The translations under genes were made by a program, and so were the position numbers. Below, one piece after another: positions 48,601 through 60,600 of a stretch of DNA of 64,000 bases. The stretch lies in contig OZ116711.1 of NCBI GenBank assembly GCA_964199315.1, forward strand, positions 868,001-932,000, in the 5' to 3' direction. This DNA comes from Orbicella franksi. Taxonomy: Eukaryota. Below the pieces are notes generated by a model. The model saw nothing but the letters and a program-made list of their open reading frames with translations, had not been told where the DNA came from and made no database searches. Numbering within the stretch: the stretch's first letter is position 1; every line of letters begins with the position of its first letter.

Positions 48601-51600
48601 CGAAAGAACGTTCCTTGTTACGCTATGCCGTATTTTGTCACGTAAAAAGAATAACCGCACTTTGTCATGTCAACGGTTACTCCTACTGTTTCATAATTGA
48701 AAATGAAAATAAAACGCCCATCTGATGTTTCTGTGTTAGGGCCGTCAAAAAGCGTTATAAGAATTGCATTTGATTAGCAAATCGAAAAAACAGTTGTTCT
48801 GAGTGCATCTTTTATATCGACACATGTAGTGCAGTACCGGCGCAAAAATCTATCACCCACGCATTTAATCTTCTTGTTTACTCTTGGTTATGACTTAACC
48901 AAAGAGTATATAACATAGACTTGCACGTTCTTTCTCTTTAGAAGTCTTGTAGCAGCTTTCCAAACTAGCACCTCCTTGTTACTGACACAAGAATTATTGC
49001 AATAATAGCACCGTTTGCTATTTAAAACAAATGTTTACCTCACGTTATTGTCGTTGTCGTTGTTTGTCATCTCAGGCTGCAACTACACTTTGGCTCAATC
49101 CACTGGCTCGTTCCAGTCTCCCGATTATCCAAATTCCTACCCAGCAGGCCAGTATTGTTCCTGGAAGATAAAGGTTCCAGAAGGATTGCAGGTAAGTATA
49201 ACATACCTTCATTGTGCACCCACTGAACATGCGTTAAGTATAGAGATATGACCGAGCTAATTGTTTTTGAACCCATTGAACTACAGGTGGTGTTAAAGTT
49301 TCCTAAGTTCTCACTCCAGAAACGACCAGGCACTGATAATGTTCAACTGTATGACGGGCAAAACGAGACCTCGCCCTCCCTGGGCGTGTACTCAGGTGAA
49401 ACGACTCCCCCACCCTCAGGAGTCCGTTCCTCATCCAACGAGTTATTTGTCATTTTCAAGACTGATAGCAAGAATAATTTTGCTGGATTCCAGGCCTCTT
49501 ATTCAGCACAGAAACCAACGCGTGAGTAGAATAGAAGATTTTACACAGCTTTGCACTTAATTTTAACAATCACGTTGTGTGCAAATTTTGCTCGTAATTG
49601 GCTACAAAGTTTCTCAGGAGCCTTGCTTTAATCGTAGTGAGAGGCAGTATGAGGATAAGCGAGTAAGTTCTCAAACGCTGCGGCACGAGCAAAGGCGAAG
49701 CTGCGAGAGGCGTCTCACCAACTCGCTTCGCTCGCCGACTTGTCTTAGGCAGCTTCGCTTTTACTCTTGTCGCAATGCATTAGAGCTGGCACGCACTGCT
49801 AGGTATGACTCCACTAAAGTTTGTTTTTAGGACGGTTAAAATCCTTTAAAATTGTCGACATAAAACTAAAATAGTTCATTTTGAGATCGACTCATGGACT
49901 GAGAGAAATTTTACAAATCCTCAGAAGATAACGTCCAAGCCACTGGGTTCGGTAAAGTATATTAAAAGCGTTGCAAAGTTAAGCACTGAATCATACTTTG
50001 AGGATGACACAGACGCTTGGTCATGAGAATATGCTTTGCGTTGCTTGACACAAAAGAACTTATTTCCTCTTTAGAACCTCCAACAACTATCAAAACAACG
50101 ACAATCTTTCGCACAACGAAAGCTACCACACCGTCTGCGCAAACAACGATAAATACAACGACAGTGGCAAATACACCAGCTGGAACCAAAACAACCGTTA
50201 AACCCACTGAAACAACTCAAGCCACCACCACAGTCAAAAGCTCCACAAACCAAGCACAGACAACTAACAAGGGGCAGACAACCCAAACCGCCACTACAGT
50301 CAAAAGTACTATAGAAAATGCACAGACAACCCAACGCATTACTGCTTCTACCGGCACGGCAGGAATTACGAAAAGTACTGAAAGTACGACGAAGAAAATC
50401 ACAACAAAGAAAGTTGAGAGAACCACCACCAACAAAGAAACCGAAGAAAACAGTATTTCATCAACATCAGAGGCAACAGATGGGCCCTCTAAGAAACCTG
50501 CCAATCACACAACTGTTTACTCAATGGAAACAACAATCGTCGTAAATACAGGTAAGGTTTTGTGCATGCGTGTTTATTTTAGATCATCAAATAAAAGAAA
50601 CTTTGTGGCGGCCTTTTGCAACATAGCTGAGGAAGACTTGCTCAACACGATAAAGTAATATTTATATGACCAAGTCATAAGGAAGACCGTGGGGGTTTCA
50701 TTCCCTTATCAGGATGGTGCTTAACTCCGTTTTCCTTTAGTTAGTATGAGGACACTGGGATTGACCTGGCTACGTCCGCTTTATGAGCCGCCAGGTTATC
50801 GCAGGGTAAGTTAGGGTGTCAGGGTGCCTGGACCTTAAGCTGGTGCTCATTTATACTCCTGGGGTGACGAGAGGCACCATAAGAGTAAATGCTCAAGAAC
50901 ACAACACAGCTGCACAGACCTTGCGAACACTGACCGTTCAGGTGGAATTCAACTCGCTAGTTGCCGCGTTTCCTACGTAGCCTTTATAAAAGGCGCGAGA
51001 AGAAATGTGCACGTGCTAGCGCGCACCTGACATTCGTTCTCTATTTACGACGGCACCTACGAGTTACACAGGCTAGCTAGTCAGTTCTGCATAAGGACCT
51101 ATTAGTATCATGCACTTTTTTGCTGAAAAGGACTGGGAAGACCTATGGATGGCAGTGTACCTGTACGCGACGCGTGCCGAGTGAAAACTCACGTTCAACT
51201 TACATCCGCTGCCCTTAACAGGTTCTTCTATTATTGCAGAGACAGAGGCTACCAATGAACCAACATACACCAGGCCCACAGAATATAGACCCTCGACAAC
51301 TGCCCCTCCAAGAAATGAGTCCTCATTTGGGTTTCGTAAAACGGAAGAAGGTGAATCATCCAATGTAGCCTTGATACTAGTTCCAGCGCTTTGTTTCCTG
51401 CTTCTTGTATTGTGTCTTTTGATATTGTTCCTCTATCGCAAGAGGTAAGAACTAAGAATTGTAACCATTAATGATTCGATTTAGCCTCTAAACCAGTTAG
51501 CATGTCTTTTCTAGTGAGCACTTCCTGATTAAAGGAGAAGGTCACTTCAAAAAATGTACAGTCGAACCTCCCGTAAACGGCCACTCAAAATGTGAAGAAC

Positions 51601-54600
51601 AGGTGGTCGTTTTATACGGGAGGTGGTCACTTACGAAAGATTAGACCATATTGGGTTAAAATTTTGCCTCATTAGCATATGATAGCTGCAGAGACTTCCC
51701 CCATGCTTTAAACGTTTTATTCATGTATACAGTCAATTTCGCAAAAAAAAAAAATCCGGTACAAGAAATTTGCGTCTCTCGTACTACCCAGGAATGCGAT
51801 GTTGCAACTCCTTATAATCCAATTTCCGCTCTATTATCTGTTAAGTGGTCGCTTATGGGAAACAAAAAAAATTCAAACTTTTAGCTCTAAAGGTGGTCGC
51901 GGTCGTTACGAGAGGTGGTTGCTTACAAGAGGTTACAAATATAGTGAAGGGGATAATCGGCTGGACAAAATATATACATTTTGCTGGCCTTTGGTTTTGA
52001 TGCCAAGTCAGTTGCAGGTTTCTATGCTTCCCGCCAATTTCGAATTGGAAAGAATGACGTCACAAAAATATGGTCTGGCTGCCAACTACAGTTAAAGTGG
52101 CTGCCTCCAAAATCGAACTTTGGGCTTCTTTCGAGACGAATTTCTTCAGGATAGTAGGCACTTTAGAGTCTGAAACTTCGGTGAGTGGAAATACCCAATG
52201 TTTACTCGCTATAGGTGACCGTAGGTGGAGACAAAAAAGTAAGCTTTTTGGAGTGACCTTGTCTTTTAAAGTCCATTCAACTATCTTTAAGGCTTCACAA
52301 ATTAGAACTTAGGTCTGTAGAGATTGAGATTCAGTCTTGAGTGTGCAAGTTTCAAGAGTTCATTTTAATCAAGTTCACGTTTTGTACTCAGTGGGCAATT
52401 CAAAATTGCTAAGACAAAAAGGAATAAACCCACGTCTCCAATAAACGCCTTTCCGAGATAATCGTCCTCACTTGAGCTCACAAAATTAACGCTTCGGACG
52501 GTAAGTCGAACCTGAGGTCATCTTTTACTGTCTACTTTACTGCCCGAGAGTAATTTCTCCCTATGTGCTTGGGACACCACTGGTATTTTTCATAGTGGTA
52601 ACATTCTCATTTGTTGGATTTAAAAACTCATCACCATTCCAATTTTTATTTCATGTTAGGAATCAAAGAAGAAAAGATAAACTAGACCGCGAGCAGTTTG
52701 TCTACTATGAGAGGTAGTGATAGTCCTTTGTAGACTGAGATGAGAATAAAAATTCTCCTTAGCCATTGTCATACATTTACCATAATTCTTAGTGGGAGAA
52801 TTTGATGTTTTATCACACTTCTCTTCCAAGGTGATCGGGATTTAAATTCCCAAGATCTCTCTATATTTTGAACTTTTAATGACATGGCCAGTAAAGAGAC
52901 GATAGAACTAGATCAATGCTACAGCTGATTTTTTAAGGCTTAAAAGGCTTAGGTTTCGTCTGTCCTCAGAAAAGTCATTTTATATGTCATTTCATCTCAA
53001 ACAGCAATCCGAAAGTAGAGTCTGTTGACAACCCTCTGTATGAAAGGTAAGATTTTAACTTTTGTCTTTTTACTTCACACGCAAGATTCTCTGATTTATA
53101 GCCGAGACCCCTCTGGTTGGAAATCTCCTTGAACGCACGTCCCGGTAGGACTGCACGTAGCCCTTAGTACGATATACACTGACAGTTACTCAACGTGAAC
53201 GTTTTTTAAGTGAAATCATTGATAATGATTGGTTGTGTGGTGATACTAGTCGCACACAAAATGAACCAAATGTGACTAGTAGAATGGAGGGCAAAACCTT
53301 TGCGAGAATTTTAAGCCGAAAGAAGTGCACCCTTTATCTCCCTAAGTGTTGAACTTTCTGGTTTACCAAAGTGAACTGTCCAGTTTCACCCAGCCTGAGC
53401 TGAGCTGACTTTGATGAAGAGCAGGAAGGAAATTTCGATTGCGAAGCGCAATCGGTTATTTAAAGTTCTCAAAATCATTAACTGTCTTCTTGATGTTTGG
53501 AAATGTGGTCAAACACGATCTTTTGTGTTTGATATATTGCGTCATTGTTAATATACCAACGGTATAGATACTAAGAGAAGGTAACAGCATTACAGCTGTT
53601 TTCACAATGGTGTAAAGTTCACGAGTGACTCGACGGAAAACCCGCTGTACGATACGTGAGTATATTTGTTGATTTCTTTTTTGGTAGAATGATGAAATCT
53701 GACAAACGTTTCTTTCTGTCTCTTATTAAGGGAAAGTGAGTGCGCTGTGAATCCACTGTATTATGCAAAGCGTCAGGTCACTGATTTTTACGCGCAACCG
53801 AGCACCCCATCTGAACCGGTGATGACTTTGCAGTTCCAAGATCTGACCGAATATGGGGAAAACCCTCTGTATGCTTTTGTTGCAGCTTCTTCTAACGAAA
53901 GGTATGTTGACAATAACACAGAAGTTGACATTTGTTGTATGAAATTCACCTTAATTTGCATCATAGTTTGCATTGAAAAATATGAGAAAATGCTGCCTCG
54001 TATTCTAAGAAGCTACTAACAAGACCTAGGAAAAGTCTATAAAGATTGCTCTGATGTAAGGAAGCTAAAAAATCTTACAGATAGTAGCGAAGGAGAAGGA
54101 AAATATTTACCTATGTTTTGAAAGCAATATTTCTGTCCCAAAAGAGCTTAATTTAACACCATATTGCCGTCATTATCAGTAGTTTCCCGACGCTAACAAA
54201 TCGTTCTTTCATCAAATCTGACAATTCTCAACAAGTACGCATGCTAAAATGTTACTCACATTTTATCGGCGCGTCATTACATTATTAGCTCAGCTAGAGG
54301 ACTAGCTTTAAAAGGATATTTATCCTAAACAAAGCATTTTCTCGAAATGAAAATTCCAGACAGTTTAGTGTTTCTTAAGTATGCAATTTGTAAACAAAAA
54401 GCAGCTTTGGACGACTAGTAAACAGTTAAACTTTTGATTCTTTTTTTATTTGGCGAACGCAAAGAACGAATGAAAAACTTCTGAAATTAAAATGGATTCC
54501 GTGCCAATGACTTTAATTGGGTTCTCAGTGTACACGACACGTTTCTTCACACTTTTTGTTAGAAAACAACGACGATTTTAATTTGACTTAAACGTTTTCT

Positions 54601-55043
54601 TTTTCAGAAATTCAATTTTTGTTTTCAAAGCGAAGAATTAAGTCTGGTCTTCTTTCAATCGATCGTTCGAGGTCAAGAGTAATTGTAGAATAATTCGGCG
54701 CATGCCTTCGTTGCTTTTGATGTTCATGAGAAGTCACCGTCGCGCAAGATATGGTCCAAAAATTACAGAATCCATCCACGTGAGCTATTGCCCGCGAGAA
54801 CATGAAGATTAGAGAGTGTGTGTTTAGTTTTTACCTGTTATATGCTTTTATATTACTGTTATATGCTGTTATATTGCAGACCGTTTGCTATCAGTTTTGC
54901 TATTGTACTTTATAGTTTAATTACACCACTTTCTATTCACATCAAACACTTTTTTGGGGGTAGAATATAAACATATAGATCCACATGAATATACTTCCTT
55001 GAGAGGTAAAAAGTCATTTTTGTTTTATTCCAGCTCTGCCTAA
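45633..55043 (+). CDS. Paralog D: SP-ApeC-CUB-long mucin stalk-TM receptor with four NPLY motifs, ~692 aa, 12 exons
   Basis: Exons 45633-45705 (MKMRTVLLPAASLVVLAAIESVVL), 47352-47594, 48166-48540 (ApeC), 49076-49191 and 49287-49521 (split CUB), 50075-50551 (T-rich), 51222-51444 (stalk plus TM), 52660-52713, 53005-53046, 53596-53655, 53731-53901, 55034-55043. Total 2079 nt, open to TAA. One GAG acceptor and the start of exon 10 are uncertain. Confidence 0.85.
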
Positions 55044-56732
55044 AGATGCCTTTTTGATGCAAGATGATTCACTCTTACTGTGAAAGCGACTTTGACGACT
55101 TTGATGTTTCATTTTCTACTCCTTTTATGAACACGAAACAAAACATGGATTTGTCAAATAAGAGAGCCTTTTAGCAAATCACTCGTGTGGTATAATTCAC
55201 GTCTGTTCTCGAAGTGACAAATCAAATTTCATTTCTGGTCGTTAAAATTTCACCCCTCGTGTAGTTTTCACAACCACAAGTGAATTCCATAATTCCATAA
55301 AATAATATGGAAAATAATTCATATTGCTTTTAAGTCATATTTTTGTCGTGACAAAGTATGTGCATTGAATTTTTGAATTTTTCCAAACGTCTTAGCGATT
55401 GTGCCGGCATGGCTCGCATAATTTTCGACAGAATTGGTCAATTGGGATGCTTGCAAGCAGTTAACCATTCAGATATTCCAGGGGACTTTTTTAAAATAAT
55501 CTGAAGTATAAATAAAATAGGTAAGCAATTGAACCATAAAAAAGAACTTAAGATTCTCATAAACTGGCTGTTTTTTTATATTGTAGAAGCCACTGATTTT
55601 GAATTTGAAATTCAATGTTATGAAAAATTTAATTCACATGGTTGCTTTTCTCTGTTACTCAGTTTCCGTGAGCCAAAGAAAATAAAAGTATCGGAATCAC
55701 TGAAAATTTGGCCTTATCACGACAAATTAATTACGTACGTATTTACAATGCCACATTATAACAGAGATGTGTAATTTTTACAAGCATAACCGGCCGCCAG
55801 GTTACGACTAGAATTATTTAAACACGGGCAGCGAGCACACGCGCTGGTAACAACATTGCAGCAATCCTGCAGCAAAACGAAACATTGCGACGGTTTATCA
55901 ATCGAAATCAAATGATCTAAACAACGTTTTATTTACGACTGAAAATTCAACAAACCTGATATTTAATTTAAAACCTCGAGAAAAGCAGAAGCCGGAATCA
56001 AAGTTAGAATTAAAAGTTTTCAAAACTATTTACGCCGATCCAGCCAAATGGCATTGTGGTTGTTCATTTGCAACGTGAATAAAAACATGAATATCTTAAT
56101 TTATATAATTAAGCATTACGGAAAGCAAATATTGCGTCGAAATAGCACAATTTTCCGGATTTTTTTTAAGTGGTGCAATGCAATTGTTGGTAAAAATACA
56201 ATTTTTAAACTTCAAGTTAACTCTCCTACCTCACGGGATTCGCTTCCAAACGCTGTTGACCACAAACAGCAGCTTATTACACCGATGTTTCAAGATTTTT
56301 TCCCCTCCTCCGCTGGTATCTTTCTTGTTTTATCCTTGTTATTCTGTTCCCAGCCCAAAATCGAGGAAATAATACCAGTTTATGGCGTCTGTTGCCGTTT
56401 AAAATCTCGTATTTCAATATTAAAAGCCTAAAACTTTTTCGGCCGTGTCTGTATGCAAATGATTGACGGAGACCCTAATATGGAAGTGGCAAACCGCGTT
56501 CAACAGCTGGCTTTTGGCGGGAAAAATAATCAGGCTGTCAAACAAAGATCTGTTTACAAGTTATTAATATCAATTACAAAGAAAACAATTTTAAAACATA
56601 TTGTTAAATCCCTCACACAAGATATCCCGATTGAAGTCCAAATAACGGAAGAGAACTAAGACCTGCTGAGAATGCGAGATTTCAAACAAAAATTGCGAGA
56701 GTTGATGCGAAAAGTTTAATTATTTGAAAGGA

Positions 56733-57190
56733 AGTGGTCAGTTATTTTATTTTTTATGCCTTCGTAGATGTGCTAGCAAAAATATCGCGCGCAAATTTCT
56801 TAAGTTGTGGCTAAGTCACTGAACTGTTTCCGCTCTCTTAAATTGACGGCTGCATCAAATTGTGTAAATCTAATAAAATCGTTTTTGTTAGACGGGATGG
56901 GGGTTATAAGTCGTCGCAGGTGGCATGAATAGAGACAGTATTGAGGCTTTGCATGGCCAGTGGTCAGTTATTTTATGCCTTCGTAGACGTGCTAGCAAAA
57001 ATATCGTGCGCAAATTTCTTAAGTTGTGGCTAAGTTAATGAACTGCTTCCGCTCTCTTAAATTGACGGCTGTATCAAATTGTGTGAATCTAATAAAATCG
57101 TTTTTGTTAGAGGAGATTGTGGGTGCGAGGGGGGTGGGGGTTACATGTCGTCGCAGGTGGCATGAATAAAGAGACAGTATTGAGGCTTTT
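56733..57190. repeat. Diverged tandem duplication of a ~220-230-bp unit
   Basis: agtggtcagttatttta...gagacagtattgaggcttt occurs at ~56733-56950 and ~56959-57190. Confidence 0.85.
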
Positions 57191-57654
57191 TAAGTGTCTT
57201 TATTATTGTCCATGTTTTTATAAAACGTCTCTGACAATTCAAATTACTGGGCGTAAAAAAAGCAGGTTTTTGCATTATTTTCTTTACCTATGACACAAGT
57301 GACAATCTATTACAAGCACGTTAATTAAAACTGATCATGAATGATTTTGTTAAAATGATTCGCCCATTTCGTGCCGCCAATACAAACTCGTGAAATTTGG
57401 CTTTCTATTTCTATTAAAAAAAAAGTAAACATTTTTTTAAAAACACTTCTGGATAACGATAAAAGTGCTCCCCCCCCCCTCCCCCACCCCCTCGATCCAG
57501 TCCAGATCTTAATCAGCAGCCTTATAAGTTGAGTTAAACTCCTAAGATGCAGGACAAACTATAAAACATGTGCGATTGAAAACCAATGCTGACTTCTCAT
57601 AAGCAACACAGGCTGGAAAAAAGTCATTCCATTTTGACCTAGCTTGGTTTCTTC

Positions 57655-60600
57655 TTAAGTTGCCATGGTGATGAGCAGAAGCAGAGCCAAACAGGCAGAG
57701 GTAACCAGGACAGCGATGAATCCAAACGTCATGTAAAAAACACCTGCAAACAAAAGAAATTTATACAAGAAAAAAAATGAGCAAAAAGGTGAGGTGATTG
57801 GTAAACACATGCTTGTTCCTGCTCTTCCATTGACTACGTATGCGCTGATTTTTGGCGCGCCTCTCGCAACTGAGTTCTGGGTTCTAATCTCTTTAATTAT
57901 ACGCCTGGATATTTGTTTATCTTACTATACTGAATTTATTTCCCTGTTACATCTTACCTTGCTGTTTTTTGCCGCGCATTAAATAGATCTCGAGAACAAC
58001 AACTGGCAGCAGCCCAACACAAAACGCAACCATGAAATAGACTCCAAATTCTGTGTCCAAATGTGGCAGGCGAAGACCGAGAAAGATGTTGGCAACTAAA
58101 GAGCGATTCCAAAAAAAATAATATTAGTATTTGACTCCAAAGAGAGACCAACATCTCATGTCTCCTGACTGCAAATATTGCAAAGTGAACATCTACATAA
58201 AAGCATAAGGAAAAGATCAGTATTTTTCTCCTTCTGCGTTATATATGATGATGCTGTTATTTTGCTATTATGTCATTATGTCAGCATGTTCACGCTGCAA
58301 ACATAACGAAATAACGTCCTTTTTATGTCATTATGGTTATGTCGTAATGCCGCTATGTCGTTAGAGTGAACAAGGCCTGACGCTGGCTTATGTCCAGAAG
58401 TAGTTCAGTACTGAGAAACGATCAAGAGCTCGCTGATGTATTATCAACGACAACAACTTTAGGAAACTTACTGCCGAGAATGAATGCAGTGACGCCAACT
58501 GAACGATGAGCCCAGTTGAAAATGCAGCGGCTGTTGACAAATAAGAAAAAAAAAGTCAAGCTACCAGAATACTATAAGAAGACAGGAACTTCCTAATAGC
58601 TATCTATCGTTAATGTGATACTCCGCTCGGTGATATTACTTATGACAGTTTATAATTACACCTTTACTTAATTATGTCAGTTCTATTTTATCAGTTTTAA
58701 ACAAAAGACAAAAACGTTGAAATTAATATATATTGAACTTGAGAAATTACAACGCATCAAATCGTGTCCTTACTTCTCAGCAGTTGGCCCGGGCCTCATG
58801 AGAGCCATGATGGGCTGTACACAGACAAGGAACGTAATAATGATCCCCAATACTGAGTGCGCCACGTCCGCCTGTTAATTGATGAAAATGAAATCAGTGT
58901 TCATTACAAGATGAAAGCTGGCAGCTTAGAGCTTGTAGCCTTAATTCAACCCGTTTTAACCAGGGAACGCTTTAAATCTTTTGCAGATATAGAAAAGTTG
59001 AAGGGAAGGATGTCTATACTTTATGGCAAGACAAAACATCTGACCTATCTGTATGAGAACCAGACTGTTTCTTAGCGAAGAAAGTAAAGACTAGCTGAAC
59101 GATGGAGAACTCATACCACGTGCTATCAGTGAAGAGACCTTTACGTAAGAGAGGCGCGCGATGTTCCATATGCCCGGAACCGTTTTCACTTAGAGGATCC
59201 GCCCAACCTGTTTTAATTCATTATGGTTTGTCATTACTATTTGACGAGAGTGTTGCGACTGGCTACAGTATCGGTTCTCTTATGTTACTAGGTCTCTAAT
59301 TCCAGGACGAGTTTGATTCAGGCGTCAGTTGCAATACAACGATACAGTGGCACTATTAATATAAATCGTTCTTACTTCAGACCAGCCTTCAACGTGAACA
59401 AAGACCAGCACAAAACCGACCAACGTGCAAATTAAACAACAGACAGTCATGGCTCTGTGAATCTAAAAATAACAATAAAATAAAGCGAAATGAGATCACG
59501 TAAGCGTGAAAATAGATGCACACTCTATAATGTTGGAGTTACGCCTTGACCAAACGGACTCTCAAGTGGACGCAAGTTCAATACTTGAGTCTCCTTGCGA
59601 TTCCGTTTGGCAAGGTCTTGCGCTCAATTGCGTTGACTTGCGATGACTTGTACTCACTTTGGTCGAGATCAAATTGGAACGCAAGCCGACGCAAGTTTTT
59701 CACCGTTTGGCCAGGCAACCCAAGTCAACACAAGTTGAGTGACGTCCATTCGTTGTTAAAACAATCTATTTTAATACAGGATACATAGCCTTGAAATGTT
59801 TTTTTTGTTTGTTTTGTTTTGTTTTGTTTTTATTTCAGTGGTTTTTGGCGACTTGCGTGTACTTGCGAGGAAACTTGCGAGTCCGTGTGGCCACCCAACG
59901 CAAGTCTCTACGCAAGTTCAACTTGCGGCCACTTTCGAGTCCATTTGGCCAGGACTTTACATAAGAACTCGGAAGTAACAAGAAAGGTTCTGAAGACGGA
60001 GCCTTAAATGAAAATTGGGGAGTACTACCTTTTGCGAAAAATCGAGATTGCATACTATGCGAAGAAAGCTGTGAAACTTCGTGCTGTCTTCTGCGTAGTA
60101 AAATGTTTTCTTAAATTAGTCTTTGATTAACGTCTGAACGAAAACTGCACATTACAGTGGACGCGAAGCAATCTTCTTGAAAGGGGACGTCAAACCATAA
60201 CTTTCGAACAACACTTTTTGTTGGAACAATACAAGAGCTAATCCCAACCTTAATTAGACTGTGTCACCATGGACGTTTCAGTGAGCATAAGCATGACGTA
60301 ACAGATGCAAACGCTAGTTTACCTGGAACCACTTCTTCTTTCCAAACAGTTTGCCCCACGCGTCTTTCATGTAACGGGCCGCAAATATAGCCAAGGTAGC
60401 AAACCCGACCCAGGCTAACACCATAAGAGAGCCTGGAATTAAATTAAATTGCTGATGTAAACATAGGTGTAGACAGAAGTTTATAAACTTCTGATGTTGA
60501 TTTCTTTTTAAATTGTAAAACAAGTTCAACTGTACTTCAAGTAAAATGATACACTCGCACACTTCTTACCATGCGCCTTAAGTAGCTTGGTGTCTGCGGT

